A DNA stretch of 64,000 nt from Methanocaldococcus sp. 16A (GCA_049860595.1 CP187551.1); one strand, 5' to 3'; shown: positions 9,977 to 19,910, counted from the first letter of the stretch. Numbers and translations: made by a program. The notes: generated from the sequence alone by a model not told the origin.

Positions 9977-10162
9977 TTACTCTTCTAAAATTATTGCATC
10001 ATTTGGACAGGTATCTTTGCAAACCTCACAATAAGTGCAATCTTCCTCTTTTGCAACAACTACTTTATCTCCATCAACTTCAAAAACATCCATTGGACAG
10101 ACATCTACACATTCTGCACATTCAGTTCCTTTGCACAAGTCGTAATTTATCTTTACTGCCAT
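9977..10162 (-). CDS. 2[4Fe-4S] ferredoxin
   Basis: CKGTECAECVDVCP and CTYCEVCKDTCP; GGTGA RBS before ATG at 10162. Confidence 0.9.
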   Translation of the reverse strand: MAVKINYDLCKGTECAECVDVCPMDVFEVDGDKVVVAKEEDCTYCEVCKDTCPNDAIILEE

Positions 10163-10172
10163 TCCATCACCA

Positions 10173-10424
10173 TTAACTATGATTTTGAATATATTTTTGA
10201 GCAACTACTCTATTTAATCTCCTCAATACCGTTGTAATCATCATCTTTAATTCTTCTGTTGTTATCTCATCGTGTATCCTATTTTCTATTCTTTTAATAA
10301 CCTCTTTAACTAATTCTTCATCCGCCCCAGAATTTCTTAAAGAATTTTTAACCTTTTCAAAGTCAAATTTTTCTTTGCTTCCATCACTCTTTGTTATATA
10401 CACCTTTGCTAACACTTCATCCAT
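10173..10424 (-). CDS. Stand-alone ATP-cone domain protein
   Basis: YITKSDGSKEKFDFEKVKNSL...ITTEEL, the V.KRDG..E.F..KI ATP-cone pattern. Confidence 0.8.
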   Translation of the reverse strand: MDEVLAKVYITKSDGSKEKFDFEKVKNSLRNSGADEELVKEVIKRIENRIHDEITTEELKMMITTVLRRLNRVVAQKYIQNHS

Positions 10425-10702
10425 TTTATACCCCCAGTAATTGATAAATTTGGTTTTATGTAGAAAATATTTAATTTTCTTAATTTTTTTAGCATAGAAG
10501 AGAATTTAGCTTTTAAATTAAAAGTTTTAAATTCATAATCAAAATTGTAAGAGTTATAGACCATAATTTTATCTCCAACCTTGATGTTGTTAGCAATTGG
10601 AATTATCATCTCTCTAATCTCTCCATTAATCTCAATTAGTGGAACTTTAACATTATCTTTTATTACAAATCCTCTAAAAATTCCCACTTCTCCATAGCAC
10701 AT
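10409..10702 (-). CDS. Divergent HypC/HupF-like small OB-fold protein
   Basis: Starts M-C; GEIREM...IKVGDKIMVY resembles HypC GVKREV...VKVGDYVLVH. Confidence 0.5.
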   Translation of the reverse strand: MCYGEVGIFRGFVIKDNVKVPLIEINGEIREMIIPIANNIKVGDKIMVYNSYNFDYEFKTFNLKAKFSSMLKKLRKLNIFYIKPNLSITGGIKWMKC

Positions 10703-10712
10703 AATTCCACCG

Positions 10713-11042
10713 TTATTTTTCTGCTTCTCTAACCTTAAATAACCAATTTATTCCATATTTTTTTAGAGTTTCCTTTATTGTATCAATTATATCATCAGGA
10801 ACTCCATAATTTTTTAATTCATCAACGCTATTAACCTCTTCAGGACTTCCATAACCGCTCTCTATTTCATCAATCAAATACTTTGCCACAATTCCTGGAG
10901 TATTTTCAACCTTCACGGCCTCAAATAATAACGCATCTTTATGAGGAATCTCTTTCTTTTTTATATAAAATACAATACAATGAAAGTCATCTCCTTCAAC
11001 AATATTCCCAAATTCATCGTATTTTTTAAATTCTACTATCAT
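10713..11042 (-). CDS. Hypothetical protein directly downstream of nifK
   Basis: 109-aa acidic ORF with GAGGGGG RBS. Confidence 0.75.
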   Translation of the reverse strand: MIVEFKKYDEFGNIVEGDDFHCIVFYIKKKEIPHKDALLFEAVKVENTPGIVAKYLIDEIESGYGSPEEVNSVDELKNYGVPDDIIDTIKETLKKYGINWLFKVREAEK

Positions 11043-11106
11043 AATCCCCCTCTTTAAGTTTTAATAAAAAATTAAAAGATAATTAAAAAATAAAAATAAC
11101 AAGGAA

Positions 11107-12501
11107 TTATTGCTGTTTCTGGTCCCATGGAACTTGTGTATCTAATATTGTATTAACTATATCATCAAAGAATCTTAAGCTTCCCATATATCCGACAATT
11201 GGCCATCTGAAGTATCCAACTCTATCATAGATAGGGAAACCCATTCTTACTAACCCAATTCCTAAATCTTCAGCTATCTTTGCCCCTCCTCTTGGATGTC
11301 CAATTAGTAAATCTACTCCAATTTTTTTAACTGATTTTTCAAAGTCCCATAAATCAGAGAACTGTACTTCAATATCAACGTCATACTCTTGAGCTATTGC
11401 CTCCATGTCTTTCTTGTATGTTGTAGATGGAGTTTGTGTATTAACAACAACTGGCTTCATTCCCATCTCACAAGCAAATCTTGAAACTGCTATAACAAAG
11501 TCGGGGTCTCCAAAGATTCCAACTTTCTTATCCATTGTGTAGTGGATTGTATCTACTATAGCATCTATCAACTTCCCTCTCTCATCCAACAACTTGTCAG
11601 GAATCTCCATTCCAGTAACTTTTGCTATATTTATGATGAAATCATCAGTATTTTTAATTCCAATTGGTAATCCATAGTAAGCAGGAATCTTGTATCTTCT
11701 CTGCAAGAATAAAGCCCCGCTACCACCAGCATGCCTACATAAAACAAACAATGCCTTAGCATTAATTATCTCTTCAAATTCTTCAACTTTAGTTCCACCT
11801 TTTGGATAGTAAGGAATTTCTTTTATTGGCTCTCTTAACGGCTGATATAATGTCTCACTAATATCAAATAATACTGAATAATCTTCCCCTTCTTTTAATC
11901 CAAACATATCTAATATCCTTTTAATCTCCAATATATCTCCAGGATTAACTCCAAATCCTGGAACTATCATTATTTTTTCAGCTTTTTCTTCATCTCTTTT
12001 CTTTCCAGATGTGAAGTATTGGAAAAATGCCTTTACAGCATTATCATAACCTTTAACATGGCTTGCCTGGTAAGATGGACAATGTACTGGAATTATTGGC
12101 AACTTAGCTTTTTCTTCTCCAAACTCTGCTGCAATCTTCTTTCTTGCAGCCCTAATAAATGCTTCAACATCATCTCCAATGGTCTCAGATGAACATGTTG
12201 TTACAACTGAAATTAAATCAGGGTCGTATCTTGCTACTAAGTTTCTAACCCCTTCAACTAAGTTTCTCATCCCTCCATAAACAGCGGCATCTTCGTGGAA
12301 TGAGGCTACAGCAATTGTTGCAGGCTCTCTAAAATGTCTGTTGAATGTATATCTTACATAAGTACAACATCCTTGAGAACCTTGTACAAATGGAATTCCT
12401 CTATGCACTCCCAAAGTAGCCCACATTGCACCAATTGGCTGACATGTTTTGTTAGGGTTTATAGTTCCTGCTCTCTCTTTTTCAACATAAGTTATTCCCA
12501 T
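11107..12501 (-). CDS. nifK: Nitrogenase component I beta subunit
   Basis: INPNKTCQPIGA, GSQGCC, TTCSSETIGDD, PSY, GFPIYDRVG; P-cluster ligands present. Confidence 0.95.
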   Translation of the reverse strand: MGITYVEKERAGTINPNKTCQPIGAMWATLGVHRGIPFVQGSQGCCTYVRYTFNRHFREPATIAVASFHEDAAVYGGMRNLVEGVRNLVARYDPDLISVVTTCSSETIGDDVEAFIRAARKKIAAEFGEEKAKLPIIPVHCPSYQASHVKGYDNAVKAFFQYFTSGKKRDEEKAEKIMIVPGFGVNPGDILEIKRILDMFGLKEGEDYSVLFDISETLYQPLREPIKEIPYYPKGGTKVEEFEEIINAKALFVLCRHAGGSGALFLQRRYKIPAYYGLPIGIKNTDDFIINIAKVTGMEIPDKLLDERGKLIDAIVDTIHYTMDKKVGIFGDPDFVIAVSRFACEMGMKPVVVNTQTPSTTYKKDMEAIAQEYDVDIEVQFSDLWDFEKSVKKIGVDLLIGHPRGGAKIAEDLGIGLVRMGFPIYDRVGYFRWPIVGYMGSLRFFDDIVNTILDTQVPWDQKQQ

Positions 12502-12545
12502 AAATATCACCTATAAAAATATAAATTTAGTTTAAAGAGATTAGA

Positions 12546-13988
12546 TTAGTTGTTTGTGTTTTCTTTCTTTTTAAATTCTTCAAATTTCTTCTCTCCTTCT
12601 TTTAAAATGTTCCAAATTGGATGATATACTGCTTTGTAAATATCTCTTGCGAAATTGACAAATCCTTTAAACGCAGCATAAGGTCCTTGTTCATAGCTGT
12701 GAGAGTTAATTGTTGGAATTCCAAACTTTCTGAATAAATATCTCTCCTTTAGTCCAGTAAGCATAAAGTCAGGTTTGTATTTTTCAACAGCTTCCTCTAA
12801 CTCAAGTTCATTTGGTGCATCTATAACTAAAGTTCCTTTAAGCCCAGCCTTTTTCAAGTTTTTATTTAACTTTTCATAATCATCTTCATGAGCAAATGTA
12901 CAGCATGCTACTACAACATCTATTCCTAACTCTTTCATTGCCCTAACCCAGTGCCATGTTCTTGGTCCCCCAACATAGACAAGGCAAGTTTTTCCTTCTA
13001 ATTTTGATTTATAAAAATCCAATTGTGGTTTAATTGCCTCCAATTCTTCTTTTATAACTTCCTCAACTCTTTCTTTAGGAATTCCTAAAGCTTCTGCAGT
13101 TTTTCTTAATGCTTCAGCAGTTTGCTCAATTCCAAATAGAGAGACCCAAATTCTTGGGACATTGAACCCATCTCTAATCATCTCAGCTATATAGTTAGCT
13201 GACCTCTGACAATGGACAACGTTCAATTTAACATCCGGCAATTTGAACAAATCATCTAAGGATGCATTTCCTGTAAAGACTGCAACAACTCTACATCCAA
13301 TTTTTTCAAATAATGGAACTATTACTTTTAAATCCCAGTCCATGTTGTAATCTCCAATTATTGCAATATCGTAAGGTGTTTTTTCCTCATCTTTCAAGCA
13401 TTTTTCAGGATATCTTTCCCTTGCCTTTTTTAACCATCTATAGAACTCTGTGTTGAGTATGTGATGCCCCTTTGATTGAGAAACCCCTGCATATCCTGGA
13501 CAGTTACAGGCAAAGACTGGTTTTCCTATTTTTTCCTCAACTTTTCTTGCCACAGCCTCTAAGTTATCTCCAATTAATCCAGTTGTACATGTTGCGTAAA
13601 TAAATATTCCCTTAGCTTCTGGAAATTCAGCAGCTGCCTCTAAACATGCTTTCTCTAATTTCTTCTCTCCACCATAAACAACATCTGCCTCTTGCATATC
13701 TGTTGTAAAACAATATCTCCTATGCAACTCACAATCAGATAGGTTTCTTCTTGTACCCCATGTATAGAATGCACATCCAACAGGGCCATGAACCATGTGA
13801 ATAATATCTTTAATTGGCCCACCAACGACCCCTCTTGCTCCAGCAAACGAACAACCTCTCTCTGTCATATCTCCTGGAACTGTTTTGATATTACATGCTG
13901 GAATTATCTCTTCTTCAGGGTCGTAGATGTACGTATGTTTCATCCTTTCTGGAATTGGCTTATCACAGTTAAGCAATACGAATGGCAT
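12546..13988 (-). CDS. nifD: Nitrogenase component I alpha subunit
   Basis: RGCSFAG, HGPVGC, ATCT, QSKGHH, VHCQRS (Cys275 equivalent), NSHSYEQGPY (His442 equivalent). Confidence 0.95.
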   Translation of the reverse strand: MPFVLLNCDKPIPERMKHTYIYDPEEEIIPACNIKTVPGDMTERGCSFAGARGVVGGPIKDIIHMVHGPVGCAFYTWGTRRNLSDCELHRRYCFTTDMQEADVVYGGEKKLEKACLEAAAEFPEAKGIFIYATCTTGLIGDNLEAVARKVEEKIGKPVFACNCPGYAGVSQSKGHHILNTEFYRWLKKARERYPEKCLKDEEKTPYDIAIIGDYNMDWDLKVIVPLFEKIGCRVVAVFTGNASLDDLFKLPDVKLNVVHCQRSANYIAEMIRDGFNVPRIWVSLFGIEQTAEALRKTAEALGIPKERVEEVIKEELEAIKPQLDFYKSKLEGKTCLVYVGGPRTWHWVRAMKELGIDVVVACCTFAHEDDYEKLNKNLKKAGLKGTLVIDAPNELELEEAVEKYKPDFMLTGLKERYLFRKFGIPTINSHSYEQGPYAAFKGFVNFARDIYKAVYHPIWNILKEGEKKFEEFKKKENTNN

Positions 13989-13997
13989 TTTATCACC

Positions 13998-14384
13998 TTA
14001 GTTACCTACTGCCTCTGCACCAAACTCTCCTGTTCTTATTCTTATTGCATCTTCAACTGGTAAAACAAAGATTTTCCCATCTCCTGGCTTTCCAGTTCTA
14101 TTTACTTTCATTATAATTCCAACAACCAATGGAACATCAGCATCGTCCACAACTATAGAAATCATCCTTTTTGGGATGTATTTCATTCTCATTCCCAACT
14201 TTTCCCCTTCTTCAATAATTTTCTCTTTATCTACAACATCTGGTAAATTTACATCAATATATCCTTTCTCTTTACCCCTTCCAAAGCATTTAATAACAGT
14301 CATCGCTGGAAAGCCAACAGCTTCTAATGCTTTCCCTGTTTTTGAGACCATATTTGGTCTAATTATAGCCAAAACCTCTTTCAT
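13998..14384 (-). CDS. nifI2: PII-family nitrogenase regulator NifI2
   Basis: MKEVLAIIRPN, GRGKEKG, GDGKIFV, IRIRTGE. Confidence 0.92.
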   Translation of the reverse strand: MKEVLAIIRPNMVSKTGKALEAVGFPAMTVIKCFGRGKEKGYIDVNLPDVVDKEKIIEEGEKLGMRMKYIPKRMISIVVDDADVPLVVGIIMKVNRTGKPGDGKIFVLPVEDAIRIRTGEFGAEAVGN

Positions 14385-14397
14385 TATTTCACCAAAA

Positions 14398-14715
14398 TTA
14401 TAACTCTTTAGCTCCAGTTCTGATTGTGTATGCTTCCTCTATTGGCTGAATGAAAATTTTTCCATCTCCAAAGTTTCCAGTGTAAGCGTTAGTTTTTATA
14501 ATTTCTACAACTTCATCAACTTCATCATCATTAACACCAATTAGTAGCATTGTTTTTGGCAATTCGTCATAGAATATCTCTCCAACTTTCAATCCTCCCT
14601 GCTTTCCCCTACCAACAACATCAATTTTTGTAAAAGATGGATAACCAGCTTTTTCTAAGGCATCTATTACATCATCAACTTTTTCTGGTCTGATAATTGC
14701 TTTTATTAACTTCAC
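14398..14715 (-). CDS. nifI1: PII-family nitrogenase regulator NifI1
   Basis: AIIRPEK, VVGRGKQGG, YDELPK, GDGKIF, TIRTG. Confidence 0.92.
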   Translation of the reverse strand: MKLIKAIIRPEKVDDVIDALEKAGYPSFTKIDVVGRGKQGGLKVGEIFYDELPKTMLLIGVNDDEVDEVVEIIKTNAYTGNFGDGKIFIQPIEEAYTIRTGAKEL

Positions 14716-14799
14716 ATTTCCACCCCAATTTAGTTGAATTTAATAAAATATTTAAATAGAATATTTGAGCGATAAGGAATAAATATAATTAATTTGCCT

Positions 14800-15707
<908 letters not shown>

Positions 15708-15735
15708 GATGACAGTTTTATAATTTTATCTTATA

Positions 15736-15771
15736 ATATATATACTTTACGGTTATAGGCTACCTTTTTCC
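15736..15771 (-). promoter_or_regulatory. nifH BRE/TATA with degenerate upstream NrpR site
   Basis: ATATATATACTTTACGGTTATAGGCTACCTTTTTCC aligns ungapped to the 36-bp cassette. Confidence 0.65.
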
Positions 15772-15815
15772 TTAATAATTAATAATAAAAAAAGATAATT
15801 TTTTATGAATAAATA

Positions 15816-16313
15816 TTAAGTCTTAGCTTTTTTCTTCTTTTTAACATGGAAATAATTTATTAATCCGCCAGCATCCAAAATTTCTCTCTCAATTCCTTTT
15901 GGAACTTCACATTTTAAAATGAGATTATCATTAACTATAATCTCCTCTCTATCTAAATCAATCTCAATTATATCTCCATCTTCAATCTCATCAGTATTAG
16001 CAATAATAGGGATTAATCCAATATTTATGGCATTTCTATAAAATATTCTTGCAAAACTTTTAGCTATAACTGCTTTAATTCCACAGTATTTTATTGCTAT
16101 TACTGCTTGCTCTCTACTTGAACCGCATCCAAAGTTTTCTCCTGCAGCTATTACATCTCCCTCTTTAACCTTCTTTGGAAAGTCTTTATCAATTCCATAC
16201 ATGCAATATCTCGCCAATTCATGTCCATCTGTTGTTTTTAGATATGGACCTGGAATAATTGCATCTGTATCGACATCATCTCCAAATTTATGAGCTTTTC
16301 CTCTAATATACAT
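15816..16313 (-). CDS. hacB: Homoaconitase/isopropylmalate isomerase small subunit (HacB/AksE-like), nif-linked
   Basis: KFGDDVDTDAIIPGPYLKT, NFGCGSSREQA, SFARIFYRNAIN; very close to methanogen HacB as recalled. Confidence 0.75.
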   Translation of the reverse strand: MYIRGKAHKFGDDVDTDAIIPGPYLKTTDGHELARYCMYGIDKDFPKKVKEGDVIAAGENFGCGSSREQAVIAIKYCGIKAVIAKSFARIFYRNAINIGLIPIIANTDEIEDGDIIEIDLDREEIIVNDNLILKCEVPKGIEREILDAGGLINYFHVKKKKKAKT

Positions 16314-16357
16314 AAATATCCCTCAATTCCTATTTTGTATATGAATTTATTTACATA

Positions 16358-16393
16358 TTATATAAAAGTTTCGGTATAAGGAAACTTATTTCC
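16358..16393 (-). promoter_or_regulatory. NrpR operator (16380-16393) + BRE + TATA for hacB-like gene; overlaps modC stop
   Basis: TTATATAAAAGTTTCGGTATAAGGAAACTTATTTCC, 32/36 identical to cassette at 9865. Confidence 0.8.
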
Positions 16394-17429
16394 GTATAAT
16401 GATAGAAGAAGCTATAGATATTTTTACTTCCATTCCTTTTTTGAGACCCATCCTATTTGCCTTAGACCTTATAACTTCACAAATTAAATTAATGCCATTA
16501 ACATCTAAAATAGCCCTAACAGTAGATAAGCTTAAAGGATAAATTTCAACGATTTTAGCATCAAAGAGGTTGTCTTTTTTGTAATGGTATCTACAGCCCC
16601 CATCTCCAACCAACATAATATCTTCAGGTCTTATTGCTAAAACTGCCTCTCCACACTCGTAAGGTTTATCAAGATAAATGTTTAAATCTCCTTCAAATAT
16701 ATAGTAGCCATCTTCTTTTTTAATTTTTCCTTTTAAGAAATTTTTGTATCCTACGAATTTTGCAACAAATTCATTTTTTGGATTGTTTATAATTTCATTA
16801 ACATCTCCAAACTGCTCTATCTTTCCATTCCTTATTATTGCCATTCTCTCTGCTAAGGCAATTGCTTCAATAAAATCATGAGTTACATGAACAAACGTTA
16901 AATTAGTATTTTTATGAATTTTTTTAAGTTCTAATATTAAATTTTCATGTGTTAGTCTATCTAAAGCATTTAAAGGTTCATCCAATAAAACAACCTCTGG
17001 TTCTACAACTAAAGCCCTTGCTAAAGCTACTCTCTGCTGTTCCCCTCCACTTAATGTGTCTGGTCTTCTATTTAGAAGATGTTCTATTCCCAGTAATTCA
17101 GCAATTTCTTTGACTTTCTCTTCTCTCAATTTTCTATCTTTTATACCAATGCCTATATTATCTTTAACACTTAAATGTGGAAATAAATATTTTCCATGGC
17201 ACATTACTATTTTTCTTTCATTTATTGGTTTGTTCGTTATATCTTTTCCATTCAAATAAATCTTTCCGCTATCTGGTTTTCTAAATCCGGCGATAATTTC
17301 CAATAGTGTAGTTTTTCCACTACCACTCAAACCTAAAACAACAAAATAATCATTTTTATATATTTCAAGTTCATCAATTTCAAGATTAAAGTATGCCAAT
17401 TTCTTCCTTAAATTTTCAATTTTGAGCAT
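16386..17429 (-). CDS. modC: Molybdate/tungstate ABC transporter ATPase with TOBE domain
   Basis: GLSGSGKTT, LSGGEQQRVALAR, LLDEP, VTHD. Confidence 0.85.
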   Translation of the reverse strand: MLKIENLRKKLAYFNLEIDELEIYKNDYFVVLGLSGSGKTTLLEIIAGFRKPDSGKIYLNGKDITNKPINERKIVMCHGKYLFPHLSVKDNIGIGIKDRKLREEKVKEIAELLGIEHLLNRRPDTLSGGEQQRVALARALVVEPEVVLLDEPLNALDRLTHENLILELKKIHKNTNLTFVHVTHDFIEAIALAERMAIIRNGKIEQFGDVNEIINNPKNEFVAKFVGYKNFLKGKIKKEDGYYIFEGDLNIYLDKPYECGEAVLAIRPEDIMLVGDGGCRYHYKKDNLFDAKIVEIYPLSLSTVRAILDVNGINLICEVIRSKANRMGLKKGMEVKISIASSIIIRK

Positions 17430-17431
17430 AA

Positions 17432-18139
17432 TCATCTCCCGAGGATGCAAAATCTCTCAACTCCTAATATTTTAGCCATTCCAGCAATTGTAGTTCCATA
17501 AAAAATAATTCTTTTATTGTATTTTTTAGCCAACTCCCAAATCTCTTCAAATGTTCCATTAGCTATCGTTGAACCAGTAGCTAAAACAACATCTGAATTT
17601 TTTATTAAATCCTCATTATACTTTCCATGAATGATTTTAGCTCCATATTTTATTTTTCCTACATTTTCTGGGTTTAAGTCACTAACTAAAACATTCTCTG
17701 CTCCAAAGTTATTAACAACCTCTTTAACAAATGCTGGCTGAAATCCAATAATACCAATTTTTTGTGGGTTTAATTCCTTTAGGTATTTAACAAGCTCTTT
17801 TGCACATTTTTCTGGCTCATCTCCAGTACAATGAACAGTTCTATCAACTAAGCCAAGAAATCTCATAACTGCATTTAAAGTTGCTATTATTTCAGCCCTA
17901 TTTCCTTTATCTAAAAGCTCTCTAATTGTTCCTTTAAACTCAACTGGTTTGTCTGTGAAGGCATCTCCATAACAACCTTTAAAATTAGCTCTCAACAAAA
18001 TCTCTTTACCACTCATTAAAGGGTAATCTTTGATTCTTGTTGTATCTAACTTAGTGTCTGATATTTTAATCTCAATTTCTTCATTTAGTAAGTTATTTTC
18101 TTCTGTAAGTTCTTTTAAAATTTCTTTAGCATCTACCAT
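17432..18139 (-). CDS. DUF364/Rossmann-like putative metal-chelation protein within mod operon
   Basis: ATLNAV, HC...PEKC, KIGIIGFQP, SDVVLATGSTIANGT. Confidence 0.7.
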   Translation of the reverse strand: MVDAKEILKELTEENNLLNEEIEIKISDTKLDTTRIKDYPLMSGKEILLRANFKGCYGDAFTDKPVEFKGTIRELLDKGNRAEIIATLNAVMRFLGLVDRTVHCTGDEPEKCAKELVKYLKELNPQKIGIIGFQPAFVKEVVNNFGAENVLVSDLNPENVGKIKYGAKIIHGKYNEDLIKNSDVVLATGSTIANGTFEEIWELAKKYNKRIIFYGTTIAGMAKILGVERFCILGR

Positions 18140-18929
18140 AGCTACCACCATTTAGATTTATTGCAAATTTTATCAATGAAATAACCATTATTGCAATTGC
18201 TATATGGATTACAGCAATAGCCAATGCTAATTCTATATTTCCAATTGAAACATTTAAAAATATTGCTATTGGTAATGTCTCTGTCTTCATCTTAGTAGCT
18301 CCAGCGAGCATTAATGTTGCTCCAAACTCTCCAATAGCCCTTGCCCATCCAAGAATTGCCCCAGCAACAATACCATTTTTTGCCATTGGAAGGGTTATTT
18401 TTAAAAAGCTCTCAAATCTACTCAATCCCAAACTTTGGGCAATATACTCATATTTGACATCAATTCCTTCAAACACAGCCCTTGTAGTTCTAATAATAAA
18501 TGGCGTTGCAATTATAAATTGAGCCAATATAATTCCATTTTGTGTAAATACAATCTCTACAATATTTTCTGAGATAAAATTGCCTATGGGTGTATTTCCT
18601 AACAGTAAGAGTAATCCAAAACCTAAAACCAATGGAGGAAGTAATATTGGCAAGTTTATTAAGCTGTCTATAATTTCCTTACCCTTAAAATTATTTCTTG
18701 CTAAGGCATATCCAGAAGGAATCCCAATTAATAGAGCAAGTAAAGTAGCTATAATTGAACATTTGACACTTAAAATTACAGCAAATTTAACCTCTTCTGA
18801 TAACAATGCATCAAATAAGTTTTCTATTGATATTTTGCTAAATATACAGACTATTATACAAACAAGTATCCCAAGGAATAAAATTAAGGGAATACCCATA
18901 AAAAATTTTAAATTATTATTTTTAATCAT
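18126..18929 (-). CDS. modB: Molybdate ABC transporter permease
   Basis: LPILLPPLVLGFGLL, ITLPMA, WARAIGEFGAT. Confidence 0.88.
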   Translation of the reverse strand: MIKNNNLKFFMGIPLILFLGILVCIIVCIFSKISIENLFDALLSEEVKFAVILSVKCSIIATLLALLIGIPSGYALARNNFKGKEIIDSLINLPILLPPLVLGFGLLLLLGNTPIGNFISENIVEIVFTQNGIILAQFIIATPFIIRTTRAVFEGIDVKYEYIAQSLGLSRFESFLKITLPMAKNGIVAGAILGWARAIGEFGATLMLAGATKMKTETLPIAIFLNVSIGNIELALAIAVIHIAIAIMVISLIKFAINLNGGSYGRC

Positions 18930-18944
18930 AATTATCACTTGATT

Positions 18945-19724
18945 TTATTGCTCAATAACTTCGAAACCATGCTTCTTAAATATCTCTTTTCCTTCTGTTA
19001 AAACAAAGTTGTAGAATTTCTCAGCAGTTTCTTTATTTTTTGTAGTTTTTAGTATTGCAATAGGAACTGTCTTTATAACATTGTATTTTGGATTTATTGG
19101 GATAATATCAACCTTATCTTTGTTTTCTATGGCATCTGCCCTCCACACAACAGCAACATCTGCCTGACCTTCTATAACATACAATAATACCTGTTTAACT
19201 GTAGCTCCTCTAACAACTACATTTTTATTTATTTTTTCTGTTATTCCTGGATTGTCTTTTTCTGCCTTTGCAAGAATCTTTTTAAATGTCCTACCAATTG
19301 CTATGTTCTCATCACCTAACGCTACTTTAACTCCTGGTTTTCCTAAGTCTTCAAGACATGTTATATTTTTTGGATTTCCTTTCTGAACTACAATAACTGG
19401 GATATGTTTGGTGAAGTTTGTGTATTTTAAGATGTATCCTCTCTTTTCAAGTTCTCCAACATAGAAATAAGCCCCTGGCATAAAAATGTCTCCATCATTT
19501 GATGCTAAAATTTTTGAATATAGGTAGCCGCTTCCAGCGTAATCATATTCAACTTTTATCCCATATTTTTCTTCAAAGAGCTTTCCTATCTCATCCATCG
19601 GTTTTTGCATTCCAGCACCAACATAAGCATGTATAACTTCTTCTTTTGATTCTTTATTTGTGCATCCAGAAGCTAAGACTATTGCTACAATTAATAATCC
19701 AAATATTGTTATTTTTCTGTTCAT
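18945..19724 (-). CDS. modA: Molybdate-binding lipoprotein
   Basis: Lipobox LASGC, YAGSG, DIFMPG, AIG, TVKQV. Confidence 0.85.
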   Translation of the reverse strand: MNRKITIFGLLIVAIVLASGCTNKESKEEVIHAYVGAGMQKPMDEIGKLFEEKYGIKVEYDYAGSGYLYSKILASNDGDIFMPGAYFYVGELEKRGYILKYTNFTKHIPVIVVQKGNPKNITCLEDLGKPGVKVALGDENIAIGRTFKKILAKAEKDNPGITEKINKNVVVRGATVKQVLLYVIEGQADVAVVWRADAIENKDKVDIIPINPKYNVIKTVPIAILKTTKNKETAEKFYNFVLTEGKEIFKKHGFEVIEQ

Positions 19725-19836
19725 AATATCCCAAGATTTAGTAATTAAATATAATTACATTTTGAGGTCGTATGTAATTACTATTACTTGTCATACGCCT
19801 TTTCTATATAAACCTTATCTTTAGAATTTATATATT

Positions 19837-19872
19837 ATATATAAACTTTTCGGTATTAGGAAACTTATTTCC
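19837..19872 (-). promoter_or_regulatory. NrpR operator (19859-19872) + BRE + TATA for mod operon
   Basis: Exactly identical to 9865-9900. Confidence 0.82.
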
Positions 19873-19910
19873 TACATTTTTTAAGACAATTATAATACTA
19901 ATAGAAAATT

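Noticed and set aside
10713-11042. Calling this ORF vnfG/anfG
   Set aside because: No recognisable similarity, and wrong position relative to D and K
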